DNA of 64,000 bases from Chloroflexota bacterium (GTDB taxonomy: Bacteria > Chloroflexota > UBA11872 > VXOZ01), in NCBI GenBank assembly GCA_963662335.2, contig CAXXVD010000004.1, positions 192,001-256,000 on the forward strand, in the 5' to 3' direction. Both the position numbers and the translations under genes were made by a program. Below, piece after piece: positions 1 through 9,487 of the stretch. Position 1 is the first letter of the stretch. Each line of letters opens with the position of its first letter. The notes beneath the pieces are model-generated. The model was not told the origin of the DNA. It did no database searches and was given only the letters and a program-made list of their open reading frames with translations.

Positions 1-215
1 CTTGGCAGGCGATTGTGCCGGACGCCGGCAGTGACGGCACAAACTCGCCAATGATGATCGCAACGCAGTCGTGATACAATCCGGTAGGCAAAGGCAATGC
101 CCGCGACCTTGGCCGGCAGCGCCGTACGCGAATTTGAACCATGGGATTAGAACGACGGTAAGGTGTGCGGAAAGCCGCGAGCCGAGGCAGGGCGGCGCGG
201 AAGGAAGAAGGCTAC

Positions 216-1253
216 ATGCTGCTTCGCAAGCTATCCAGCGGTTTGAAGGCCGCGTACCGGGGCACGGACGTCAACAGCCGCGTGAGTCGCTTCGATAGCT
301 GGATGGACCGGGCGCGGGACGCGGACGGCGGCGCGGCGGGCTACGATCACGCCGCCACCGTCAAGGAATACTACGACCTGTGCGGCGAGTTCATGGTGCT
401 CGGCTGGGGTGAATCCCTCCATTTCGCGCCGCTATCGCCCCAGGAGACTTTGGAAGAGTCCAAACTCCGGCACCAGCGGCTGATGATTTCCAAGCTGGAA
501 TTGCGCGAGGGCATGAGTGTGATCGACGTCGGCTGCGGCATCGGCGGCCCGCTGCGCCGTGTTGTGCGGGAGGCGGGTGTCAAGGTCCTCGGCGTCAACA
601 CCAATGAAATCCAGTTGGCAAAGTCGAAGTCGCTGGACGCCGAGGCGGGACTCGACCACATGATCGACTACCTGGCGTGCAGCTTCATGGACATGGACGG
701 CATCGCCGACGAGACGTTCGACCGCGCATACGCGATCGAATCGACGTGCCACGCGCCGGACAAGGCGGGCGCGTTTGCCGAAATCTACCGCGTGCTAAAA
801 CCCGGGGCGCTCTTCTGGGGCCAGGAAATGTGCATGACGGACACGTTCGATCCTGCCGACGAGCGGCACCGGGCCATCAAGAGAGAACTGCTGCACGGCA
901 TCGCGCTCAAAGAGGCCGCGACGTTCGGCGAGGTAGTCCGCGCCCTGGAAACGGCGGGGTTTGAGGTCATCGAGGGGATCGACCGAGGCATTGCGGAGAA
1001 CGGCGCGGCCACGCCGTGGTATCAGCCCATGGTAACCCGGCACGGCACGCTGGGCAGCGCCCTCATCAGAATCCCGCTGGGCCGCCAGGCCATCTTCGGC
1101 GCATCCCGGCTAGCCGAGACGCTGGGCGTCTTCCCCAAAGGCTCCGCCCGCGTCGTCAGGCTGCTGGACCGCACCGCCAACGCCTACGTCGCCGGCGGCC
1201 AGACCGGCATCTTTACGCCGCTGTACTGCTTCCTGGCGCGCAAACCGCTCTAA
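216..1253 (+). CDS. Sterol C-24 methyltransferase-like SAM-dependent methyltransferase (ERG6/SMT family)
   Basis: Motifs YYDL..F...GWGESLHF, IDVGCGIGGP (SAM binding), AIESTCHAP and C-terminal GGQTGIFTPLYCFLARKP resemble SMT regions I-III and the Sterol_MT_C tail. ATG at 216 follows a purine-rich RBS. Confidence 0.8.
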   Translation: MLLRKLSSGLKAAYRGTDVNSRVSRFDSWMDRARDADGGAAGYDHAATVKEYYDLCGEFMVLGWGESLHFAPLSPQETLEESKLRHQRLMISKLELREGMSVIDVGCGIGGPLRRVVREAGVKVLGVNTNEIQLAKSKSLDAEAGLDHMIDYLACSFMDMDGIADETFDRAYAIESTCHAPDKAGAFAEIYRVLKPGALFWGQEMCMTDTFDPADERHRAIKRELLHGIALKEAATFGEVVRALETAGFEVIEGIDRGIAENGAATPWYQPMVTRHGTLGSALIRIPLGRQAIFGASRLAETLGVFPKGSARVVRLLDRTANAYVAGGQTGIFTPLYCFLARKPL

Positions 1254-1673
1254 GGACTCTCATTCCGAGCTTCTTGGGCCGGTACGATGGCCCATCAGAT
1301 GCTCAAGCTGGGTCTTTGCCCAGCAAGGTTGCAATACCCATCGCGGGTCCGACTGTGGAACTTAGCAATCTCTTGTCTCACTCGGCCGCGTCAGGTTCTT
1401 AATTCTCTCGGCATCTCGTTTGCCACTCTGTCTCCAAGCAATCTCAAGTTCAGTGCGCACGGGCAATCGGGCACATTCCACTCCCGAACGAACGGCGGGC
1501 GCACTACTGCCCGCTGCCGATCCGCCAGATCACTGATGTATCTCCGCTCCCTGTGCAAAAATGGTATCCTTCTGCCAGGGAGGTGGGTTTGGCAGGTACC
1601 TCTCATCCTACCACGCAGGTTCTCTCAATAGGCTCTGCAGCAGAATCTCACATTGGCTCATTGCGGAGGGACT

Positions 1674-3053
1674 ATGTCAACGGACAACGGGAAACCAGAC
1701 GGGCAGGGGCAATTGCAGGAAAACGCAATTATCGCCCTTCACAACGTATTCCCTGATTTGGAACATCTGGAGAACGTGCTTGCGGCGGATAAGGCGGCAC
1801 TACTGAAAAGCCTCGACGACTTCGAGGCACATGAGACTCTGGAAAGACTTGAGAAACTTGCCGCAGAGCAACGCACAGAGTTTGATGCGCTTGATTTTGT
1901 TGGTCAATTGAGGTTTGGAAGAGGCCGCGACCTCTGGGGCTCGGAGGAGTTCCACTCTGACGTGCTCGCCTGGCTGCTGGACCCAAAGCAAAACCACGGC
2001 CACGGCGACCAGTTCCTAAAGAAATTCCTAAACCGCGCCGGCGTGCGGCTGGCCGGACACTCTCTCGATTGGTCGCAGACAGAAGTGATCCGGGAATGGG
2101 AAAACGTAGTCGCGGGGCAAAAGGGATACTTGGACATTCTGATCGTCAATGAGGCTCATCAGGTTCTGTGTGCCATTGAGAACAAAGTGTTCTCCGCTGA
2201 ACACAGCGAGCAACTGACCCGTTATCGGTTAGCGTTGGACACCGCCTACTCGACGTTCGCCCGATATCACGTGTTCTTGACACCGCGGGGCGACCTGGCT
2301 TACAAAGATGAAGAGAAGGCGTACTGGACACCTCTCACGTACTCCACGGTTTTCGACATCGTCCAAGAGATACTCGAGAGTACCGAAAATTCAACGAACG
2401 AGGACATCCGTGCATTCTTGCGCCAATACGCAACAGCACTGAGGAGAAATATCATGCCCGACACCAGCATTCCACAACTGGCCCGGAGAATCTATCTGGA
2501 GCACCGGGAGGCGATAGACCAAATTGTCGCCCATAAGCCTAAGTACGTGGATGAGACCAAGCAGTGGCTCAAGGAAGCCATCGCACAACAACGCGAGTGG
2601 AAATTAGACAAAGAGGATCCAAATTACGTTCGTTTCCAGTCAACCGAGTGGGACCAGTTCGAAGCAACTCAGACAGGAACCGGGTTTGCCCCGTCAAATG
2701 CCTTGTTTCTTTTCCAGTTTTCGATCTACTCCGACCGCCCTTGGTTTGGTCTTGCGCTCTCTCCTGAGAACGAGGATAACAATCGCCTGAGACAAAGGCT
2801 GTTCGAAGCAGTGCGACAACATCCCCGCCTTTTCAAGCCCAAACCCGCCACGCTGCCTCAGGGTTGGGCGCATTTGCATCAGGAAGCCGAATCTATCCTG
2901 GATGAGGCCGATTGCGGGGTTGGTTGGGATGACGGCAGCACACGCGCCAAGCTTGAAGCGTGGATAGCGTGCTTCGCCGCAAATGAATTCCCCGCAATGA
3001 ACGAGGTCATAGTCAACTGTCTACGCGAATACGAAGCTGAAGAGCAAAGCTAG
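1674..3053 (+). CDS. PD-(D/E)XK nuclease superfamily protein (PDDEXK_4-like)
   Basis: EEFHSDVLAWLLDP..HG, EVIREW, LDILI...AIENK...EQLTRY pattern; GGAGGG RBS; lower GC than the core. Confidence 0.8.
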   Translation: MSTDNGKPDGQGQLQENAIIALHNVFPDLEHLENVLAADKAALLKSLDDFEAHETLERLEKLAAEQRTEFDALDFVGQLRFGRGRDLWGSEEFHSDVLAWLLDPKQNHGHGDQFLKKFLNRAGVRLAGHSLDWSQTEVIREWENVVAGQKGYLDILIVNEAHQVLCAIENKVFSAEHSEQLTRYRLALDTAYSTFARYHVFLTPRGDLAYKDEEKAYWTPLTYSTVFDIVQEILESTENSTNEDIRAFLRQYATALRRNIMPDTSIPQLARRIYLEHREAIDQIVAHKPKYVDETKQWLKEAIAQQREWKLDKEDPNYVRFQSTEWDQFEATQTGTGFAPSNALFLFQFSIYSDRPWFGLALSPENEDNNRLRQRLFEAVRQHPRLFKPKPATLPQGWAHLHQEAESILDEADCGVGWDDGSTRAKLEAWIACFAANEFPAMNEVIVNCLREYEAEEQS

Positions 3054-3210
3054 TGGATGGTGACTCCACAATACAACGGACCAATCCAACCCAGCGACGC
3101 AGCCCTGGATTTCACCTCAATTGGCCCCCACTCCGTTCCAGCTTCATCGAATCCAACTAAATCCGGGCGACTTCGATCAATACGTCACCATGCGGCTATT
3201 GTCCCGCTAA

Positions 3211-3882
3211 CTAGAACTCAATAACAATCTCTTCTTGCACCAGGTTTCCGTCTGAATCGACGACGCGCGGTTGGGGCTCTACTCTAGGCTTCGGTATGTA
3301 CCCCGCCTCGATTGCTACGGAAAACTCGCCCTGCCCCGCTAGCGCATACGCCAGCATTCGCGTTTCTAATTCGCGTTTAGCACGCTCCTCGTCACTCTCA
3401 TCTTCCGGCTCAGGATGTAAGCCAATCGCGATCAAGAGCCTGTCATCGCGGCAAAAGTCATCTCCGCTAACGCTAAAGTAATGGTTAGTGGCGATGGCGC
3501 GCGCTTGATGTACACGGCGTATCTCCGGCTTATACACAACATAGCCTTCCCCAACTATCAGATTGCCGTTGGCATCGTACCTTTCCCCAATGAACGGGCC
3601 TGGATCAGAGAAACGAAGATATACAGCAAATATCTCCTCATCTGACCGGGTGTCATCCTTCCGCCGACGCCGGAAATCGGCCACTACCTCTTCTTTGAAC
3701 TGGGGGTCATCCATGCGCTCGAGCCAACGCTGGTATCCGGCCTCAACCTCCATGTCTGATAGTTTGGGGTCATAGATGGATTCGTCCTGGCGGTCTTCGG
3801 CCATCACCTTCCTCCTTGTTTTTGCGATGTCTGCCAGTGCGACCATCTCCTCATCATCAATTTCCTCAGTAGTGAGGCACAT
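3211..3882 (-). CDS. Hypothetical acidic protein
   Basis: Open frame of 223 aa in lower-GC DNA with protein-like composition; no recognisable motif. Confidence 0.55.
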   Translation of the reverse strand: MCLTTEEIDDEEMVALADIAKTRRKVMAEDRQDESIYDPKLSDMEVEAGYQRWLERMDDPQFKEEVVADFRRRRKDDTRSDEEIFAVYLRFSDPGPFIGERYDANGNLIVGEGYVVYKPEIRRVHQARAIATNHYFSVSGDDFCRDDRLLIAIGLHPEPEDESDEERAKRELETRMLAYALAGQGEFSVAIEAGYIPKPRVEPQPRVVDSDGNLVQEEIVIEF

Positions 3883-3902
3883 GTTGGCTTCCAAACGCGA
3901 TA

Positions 3903-4280
3903 CTAGAGAGACGGGCTTCGGCGGGCCGGATTCACCGGATAGTCCTCCGGCTTGCCCGTGTCGCCGGGTTGGATGACGAAGTCGCGGCGGTCGCGGTAGA
4001 GGCGCGCGCGGTTTATGACGTAGTTCACGCCGGGTTGCAGTTCATCGTAGTGGGTCATCAGCCAGTACTTGTGGTCGCCGATGAAGAGGTAGGTGTTGTT
4101 CATGCGAAAGAAGCGGCCGGCCACGCCCTCGCCGGCGCGGAAGCGCTCGCGCACCGCAGCCAGCAATTCCTGCTGGCCGTCGCTCTCGGACATCACGTAC
4201 TCGTGGGGCCACGTATCGCGGTACATAACCGCCTCCCGCCAGGGCGCGCGGGCGATCAATTCCGTCAGTTTCAATAGCAT
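3903..4280 (-). CDS. Hypothetical protein (PHEY / YW.M / INR motif type)
   Basis: 125 aa, host-like GC3 bias, GAGAGG RBS upstream. Confidence 0.65.
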   Translation of the reverse strand: MLLKLTELIARAPWREAVMYRDTWPHEYVMSESDGQQELLAAVRERFRAGEGVAGRFFRMNNTYLFIGDHKYWLMTHYDELQPGVNYVINRARLYRDRRDFVIQPGDTGKPEDYPVNPARRSPSL

Positions 4281-4473
4281 TCCTCTCTATCTCCCATACT
4301 TTGGCTGGCAACGCCGCGCACGTGCAACGCAGTCCGTTCGCTGGGAATCACCGGCGCAAGCGCAAAGCCTTAGAACGCTGCGCGCTGGACCCCGTTCGCC
4401 CAGGCAGGGCGGCGCTACGCTGAGGCAGACCGTGAGCGGCCGCCAGTGCGCCGGCGCGTGCAACGATAAAACC

Positions 4474-4498
4474 GATGCGCTTCGCACCGAAGCGCATC
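4474..4498 (-). terminator. Putative intrinsic terminator downstream of tRNA-Ala(GGC)
   Basis: Perfect 11-bp stem GATGCGCTTCG/CGAAGCGCATC followed on the - strand by GGTTTTAT. Confidence 0.5.
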
Positions 4499-4603
4499 AG
4501 CGAAAAATGACCGCAGGGCATTCCCCCAACGGCCACAACGCAAAACACCCAAGAACGCCGCAAACCGGAACCACGGCGTGCAGGTCTTGGGCTTCTCTTA
4601 GTT

Positions 4604-4679
4604 TGGTGGACCCGATCGGGGTCGAACCGACGACCTCGTGAATGCCATTCACGCGCTCTCCCAACTGAGCTACGGGCCC
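4604..4679 (-). tRNA. tRNA-Ala(GGC)
   Basis: Reverse complement reads GGGCCCGTAGCTCAGTTGGGAGAGCG...CGTGA-ATGGCAT-TCACG...GGTTCGACCCCGATCGGGTCCACCA; 76 nt, G3:U70 pair, encoded CCA. Confidence 0.97.
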
Positions 4680-4768
4680 GCATTCGATTATAATTGTAGC
4701 ATTGAAGCGGGTGTCACGTAAATGCGCCGCGCGCACATTGGCGGGCGCGTTGCATAAGGAGCTCTAAA

Positions 4769-5821
4769 ATGGCTACCTACCGTGTTGGTATCGTTGGCTG
4801 CACCGGCATCGCCAGCGCCCCGGCGCGCGCGTTGTCTCATCCCGTCTTTGGCGCGGCCGCGCCGCACTCGCACGCGGCGGGCTATGCGTGCGTGCCCGCC
4901 ACCGAAGTGGTGGCGGTGTGCGACCTCATCCCGGAGCGCACGCAAGATGCCGCCGCAACCTGGCAAGACCGCTGGCCGGGCATCAGCCAGTACCAGGACT
5001 ACCGCGAGATGCTGGCCAACGAGCGCCTGGACATCGTGAGCGTGGTGACCTCAGACCACCGCCACGCCGACATCACGGTGGACGCGGCGGAGGCCAGCGC
5101 GCGCGCGATCTTCTGCGAAAAGCCGCTCGCCACCACGCTCGCCGACGCCGACCGCATGATCGCCGCCATCGAGAAGCACAAGGTCTTCCTCTCCGTCGAT
5201 CACAGCCGCCGCTGGCAACCCCAGTGGCACGAGGCGCGCGCGGCGATTCGCAACGGCGCGATCGGCCCGGTGCGCACGGTCATCGGCAAACTCGGCGGCG
5301 CGCGCGCCATGCTCTTCCGCAACGGCACGCACCTGATGGACGCGGTCTGCTTCTTTGCCGACGGCGAGCCTGAGTGGCTCTCGGCGCGCTACGACGACAA
5401 TTTTGCCGACTACGGCCCGCGCTACGCCGGCGACGGCGGGCACGATCCCGCAACCGACCCCGGCGTCTGCACGTTCATGTTGTTCGACAACGGTGTGCGC
5501 GGCTTCTACATCGGCTCGCAGAACGCCGCCACCGGTTTCGAGGTAGAGGTTACGGGAGAAACCGGCCGCATTCGCCTGGGCAATTCCATTGGCGCCGAGA
5601 TCGAGACCGCCGAGGGCGTACAGGCGCTGGCGCCGGAGACGGGAACGGTCTCCGGCAGCGCCGCCGCCATCGAGGAACTCATCGCGCTGGTAGAAGGACG
5701 GGGTACCACACCGCAGATTTCCGGGCCGTACGACGGCCGCCGGGTGGTGGAAGCGCTCATCGCCACCGCGCAGTCCGCCGCCCACGGGGGCGCGCCGGTC
5801 ACGTTCCCCGTAAGCGAGTAG
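4769..5821 (+). CDS. Gfo/Idh/MocA family oxidoreductase
   Basis: N-terminal Rossmann motif VGIVGC.GIA, CEKP, NGTHLMD; AGGAG RBS. Confidence 0.9.
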   Translation: MATYRVGIVGCTGIASAPARALSHPVFGAAAPHSHAAGYACVPATEVVAVCDLIPERTQDAAATWQDRWPGISQYQDYREMLANERLDIVSVVTSDHRHADITVDAAEASARAIFCEKPLATTLADADRMIAAIEKHKVFLSVDHSRRWQPQWHEARAAIRNGAIGPVRTVIGKLGGARAMLFRNGTHLMDAVCFFADGEPEWLSARYDDNFADYGPRYAGDGGHDPATDPGVCTFMLFDNGVRGFYIGSQNAATGFEVEVTGETGRIRLGNSIGAEIETAEGVQALAPETGTVSGSAAAIEELIALVEGRGTTPQISGPYDGRRVVEALIATAQSAAHGGAPVTFPVSE

Positions 5822-5874
5822 CGGCGCCAATCCCTTGAGCGAACCCAACGAGCGCCGGCGGCAGGGCGTGGCTT

Positions 5875-5903
5875 TTGACCTCGCCGATGCGCCGCCGTAC
5901 AAT
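5875..5903 (+). promoter_or_regulatory. Sigma70-type promoter for the RidA-family gene
   Basis: TTGACC-N17-TACAAT. Confidence 0.6.
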
Positions 5904-5968
5904 GCAGAACGAGTATCCACCCTTTGGCAATTGCAGCCGCGTCTCCAGCGGCATCAGAAAGGAACGCC

Positions 5969-6439
5969 ATGTCACCGGAAGAAAAGCTCAAGGAGTTGGG
6001 ATTCGAACTGAAACCGCCGAACGCGCCCGTTGCCAATTACGTCCCCTGGGTGCGCACCGGCAATCTCGTCTACTTGTCCGGCCAGGGGCCGAACCGCGCC
6101 GGCGACGCGGGCGCCCACGTCTACGACGGCAAGGTGGGGGAACGCTACGGCATCGAGGAAGGCTACCAGGCCGCCCAGCAGACGGCTTTCAATCTGCTCT
6201 GCGCCCTGAAGGACGCGACCGGCGACCTGAGCAAGGTCACGCGCATCGTGAAAGTGCTGGGCATGGTAAACAGCACGCCGGACTTCGCCGACCAGCCCAA
6301 GGTGATAAACGGCTGCTCAGACCTGCTGGTGGAGGTCTTTGGCGACAAGGGCAAGCACGCCCGCTCCGCCGTGGGCATGGGCGCGCTGCCGAACAACATC
6401 CCGGTGGAAATCGAGATTATCGTAGAGGTGGCGGACTAG
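5969..6439 (+). CDS. RidA/YjgF/UK114 family protein
   Basis: ANYVP...LSGQ, INGCSDLL, HARSAVG, PVEIE. Confidence 0.9.
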   Translation: MSPEEKLKELGFELKPPNAPVANYVPWVRTGNLVYLSGQGPNRAGDAGAHVYDGKVGERYGIEEGYQAAQQTAFNLLCALKDATGDLSKVTRIVKVLGMVNSTPDFADQPKVINGCSDLLVEVFGDKGKHARSAVGMGALPNNIPVEIEIIVEVAD

Positions 6440-6482
6440 CGGCTCCGGTGGCCTATCCTGGAGAAGAGGGTTCAGGCAATCG

Positions 6483-6950
6483 CTACGAGGGGACTTCCTC
6501 GGCGCGCTCTGGCGTGCCGCTCTCGTAGATCGTGCCGAGCACGCCGTTGATGAAGCGGGGCGAACTATCCGAGGCGTAGAGCTTGGCAAGCTCCACCGCC
6601 TCGTTGATGACGACTTTGGGGGGTATCTCGGGCGCGAAGAGCAGTTCGTAGACCGCGAGCCGCATGATGGCTTTGTCCACCAGCGCCATCTGGCCCATGG
6701 GCCACATTGGCGCGGCCTGCTCTATCCGCTCGTCGATCACCGCCAGGTGGGTCTGGACGCCCTGAACAAGCTGGTGGAGGAACTCGCGGGCTTCAGGCTT
6801 GACCGTTGCCATACGCGCCACCTGCTCCAGCACGGAGGCCGGCGCCGCGCCGGTCGCGTCGAGCGCAAAGAGCGCCTGCATGGCGGCCACGCGCGCGTGC
6901 CGCCGGGGATGGATGCGCCTGCCGGAGAGTTGGGCCGAACCGGCCGTCAT
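6483..6950 (-). CDS. nusB: Transcription antitermination factor NusB
   Basis: [40 protein letters not shown]. Confidence 0.95.
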   Translation of the reverse strand: MTAGSAQLSGRRIHPRRHARVAAMQALFALDATGAAPASVLEQVARMATVKPEAREFLHQLVQGVQTHLAVIDERIEQAAPMWPMGQMALVDKAIMRLAVYELLFAPEIPPKVVINEAVELAKLYASDSSPRFINGVLGTIYESGTPERAEEVPS

Positions 6951-7009
6951 CCGCCGCTCCTCTTTCGACTGCGAAGAATTCAATGCCCTGCGCCCAGAGC
7001 CCGGGCCGT

Positions 7010-8347
7010 CTAGACGATGTTCAGCAAATTCACGTCGAAACTGGCCTCGCGGAAGCCTTGGGCGTTAAGGATTCTGCGATGAAAGTCGAGGTTCGTCTTC
7101 ACGCCCTCGATCACGCACTCATCCAGCGCCCGCAGCGCGCGCTCGATCGCCTCGGCGCGGCCGGGCCCCCAGGCGATGAGCTTGGCAATGAGCGAGTCGT
7201 AGTGCGGGGGAATCGCGTACCCGCTGTAGAGATGGGAATCGACGCGGATGCCAGGGCCGCCCGGCGCGAGAAAGTTCGTCACCTCGCCGCTCTCCGGGCG
7301 GAAGTCATGCTCCGGGTCTTCAGAGGTGATGCGGCACTCGATCGCGTGGCCGCGAAACTCCACGTCGGCTTGACGAAAAGCCAGCGACTTGCCCGCCGCA
7401 ACGCGAATCTGCTCTTGCACGAGGTCGATGCCGGTCGTGCTCTCCGATACGGTGTGCTCCACCTGCAAACGGCAGTTGATCTCCATGAAGTAGAAACTCT
7501 GCTGCGCATCGACTAAGAACTCGACGGTACCCGCCGACGTAAAGTCGATCGCGTCGACGCCGTGCAAGGCCGCCGCGCCGATGGCCTTCCGCGCCAGAGG
7601 ATCGAGCACCGGCGACGGCGATTCCTCGATGAGCTTCTGGTAACGGCGCTGAATCGTGCAGTCACGCTCGCCCAGTTGCACCGCGTTGCCGGCGTGATCC
7701 CGGAGAATCTGCACCTCGACGTGGCGCGCCGGCGAGATGTACTTCTCCACGTAAAGCCGCGCGTTGCCAAACGACGCCTGCGCCTCCGCCTGGGCCACCG
7801 GAAACGCGCCCGCCATCTCCTCTTCATCGGCCACGAAGCGGATCCCGCGTCCGCCGCCGCCGCCCGCGGCTTTCAAGACCACCGGATAGCCAATCGACGC
7901 CGCGGCCTCCAGCGCGTCCGCCACGCTGCGCAACGGTGTATCCGGGCCGGGGATGACGGGCAGCCCCGCCTTGCGCATCTCCGCCTTGGCGTTGGTCTTG
8001 TCGCCCATGGCGTGGATGACGTCCGGGCCGGGGCCGATGAAGGTGATGCCGTACTTGTCGCAGATCTCCGCGAAGTACGTGTCTTCCGCCAGAAAGCCGA
8101 TGCCGGGATGAATGGCCTCCGCGCCGGTAATGAACGCGGCGCTGATGATGTTCGGCACGTTCAGGTAGGACTTGCTGGCCGGCGCGGGGCCGATGCAGAC
8201 CGCTTCATCGGCGGCGTGCACCGGCAGGGAATCCCGGTCCGCCTCGGAGTAGGCAACAACCGTCGCGATGCCCATCTCACGGCAGGCGCGAATGACCCGC
8301 AAGGCCGTCTCGCCGCGGTTGGCAATGAGGATCTTCTGGAACACCAC
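7010..8347 (-). CDS. accC: Acetyl-CoA carboxylase biotin carboxylase subunit
   Basis: [41 protein letters not shown]. Confidence 0.95.
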   Translation of the reverse strand: MVFQKILIANRGETALRVIRACREMGIATVVAYSEADRDSLPVHAADEAVCIGPAPASKSYLNVPNIISAAFITGAEAIHPGIGFLAEDTYFAEICDKYGITFIGPGPDVIHAMGDKTNAKAEMRKAGLPVIPGPDTPLRSVADALEAAASIGYPVVLKAAGGGGGRGIRFVADEEEMAGAFPVAQAEAQASFGNARLYVEKYISPARHVEVQILRDHAGNAVQLGERDCTIQRRYQKLIEESPSPVLDPLARKAIGAAALHGVDAIDFTSAGTVEFLVDAQQSFYFMEINCRLQVEHTVSESTTGIDLVQEQIRVAAGKSLAFRQADVEFRGHAIECRITSEDPEHDFRPESGEVTNFLAPGGPGIRVDSHLYSGYAIPPHYDSLIAKLIAWGPGRAEAIERALRALDECVIEGVKTNLDFHRRILNAQGFREASFDVNLLNIV

Positions 8348-8420
8348 ACACTACCTCGGCTGTGTTGACCGTTGCCGTCATTCCCGCACGCGCGGCAGAG
8401 CGACGCAACCGGCCCTTCAC

Positions 8421-9161
8421 CTAGTACATCATGATGCCGCCGTCGACGATCAGTATTTGACCGGTAATGTACGAGGCGTCCTCGGAAGCCAGAAAGGCCA
8501 CGGCCGCCGCGAGTTCATGCGGTTCGCCGTAACGACCGAGCGGCACGATCTTCAGGATCGTCTCCACCATGTCCGCCGGGATCGAATCCGTCATGGGGCC
8601 GCCAAAGTAGCCCGGGGCCACGCAATTGGCGGTCACGTTGCGCGACGCCACCTCGCGCGCGAGCGAGCGGGTGAAGCCCCACAGCCCGGCCTTGGAGGCG
8701 GAGTAGTTCGCCTGGCCCGGCGCGCCCATGTAGCCGCCAATTGAGGAAACGTTGATGATGCGCCCGTAGCGCGCCCGCAGCATATTGCGCGCCACGGCCT
8801 TGGTGCACAGGAACGCCGACTTGAGGTTCGTATCCACCACCGCGTCCCAATCCGCTTCGGTCATGCGCACGAAGAGCGTGTCCCGCGTGATGCCGGCGTT
8901 GTTTACCAGGATGTCGATTTTCTCGTGCTCGGCGTGGACGCTCCGCACCATTGCTTCGATCTGGGAAGCGTCGGTCACGTCGGCCTGGATTGCGCTGGCG
9001 CTGCCGCCCTGCGCGGCGATCTCCGCCACCACGCGCTCAGCCGCTTCCGCGCCGCTGTGGTAGTGCACCACCACGTGCGCGCCTTCACGGCCCAGCCGCG
9101 CGCAAATGGCCGCCCCCAAGTGCCCGGAACCGCCGGTAACCAGCGCTACCCGCCCTTTCAT
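8421..9161 (-). CDS. fabG: 3-oxoacyl-ACP reductase
   Basis: TGG.G.LG, NNAGITRD, GQANYSASK, YITGQ...VDGG; adjacent to fabD. Confidence 0.92.
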   Translation of the reverse strand: MKGRVALVTGGSGHLGAAICARLGREGAHVVVHYHSGAEAAERVVAEIAAQGGSASAIQADVTDASQIEAMVRSVHAEHEKIDILVNNAGITRDTLFVRMTEADWDAVVDTNLKSAFLCTKAVARNMLRARYGRIINVSSIGGYMGAPGQANYSASKAGLWGFTRSLAREVASRNVTANCVAPGYFGGPMTDSIPADMVETILKIVPLGRYGEPHELAAAVAFLASEDASYITGQILIVDGGIMMY

Positions 9162-9198
9162 GTATCATCCTTTACCATGAAAACAGCAATATCAACTC

Positions 9199-9270
9199 CG
9201 TCATTCCCGCGTACGCGGGAACCCACTGCGTGCGCGGCGAAGATGGATTCCCATGTTCGCGGGAATGACG
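9199..9270. repeat. Palindromic element family C (GTCATTCCCGC...GCGGGAATGAC doublet)
   Basis: Inverted doublet; near reverse complement of 29661-29732, including the inner spacer. Confidence 0.85.
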
Positions 9271-9487
9271 GTCAAGAAGCCAGCCCCCAGTTGTCGTTCC
9301 CTTGGTGGCCTAAGCAAGGCCATGGTGACTGTCTTAGTTGCGCACGGCGTTACCGCTTGGTCTGGCGGCCGTGGCCGCGGCATTGAGATCTAAGCCAACG
9401 CCTACCGCATAATGGAATCTGAGAGCGCCGCGCGCGCGGCCGCTGCGGGAATAGTATCACAAGGAGCGCCGCCGTGCCCAAACGGGT

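Noticed and set aside
1254-1673. Small ORFs between the methyltransferase and the nuclease
   Set aside because: No RBS, codon bias or motif supports any frame; possibly a gene relic, but unsupported.
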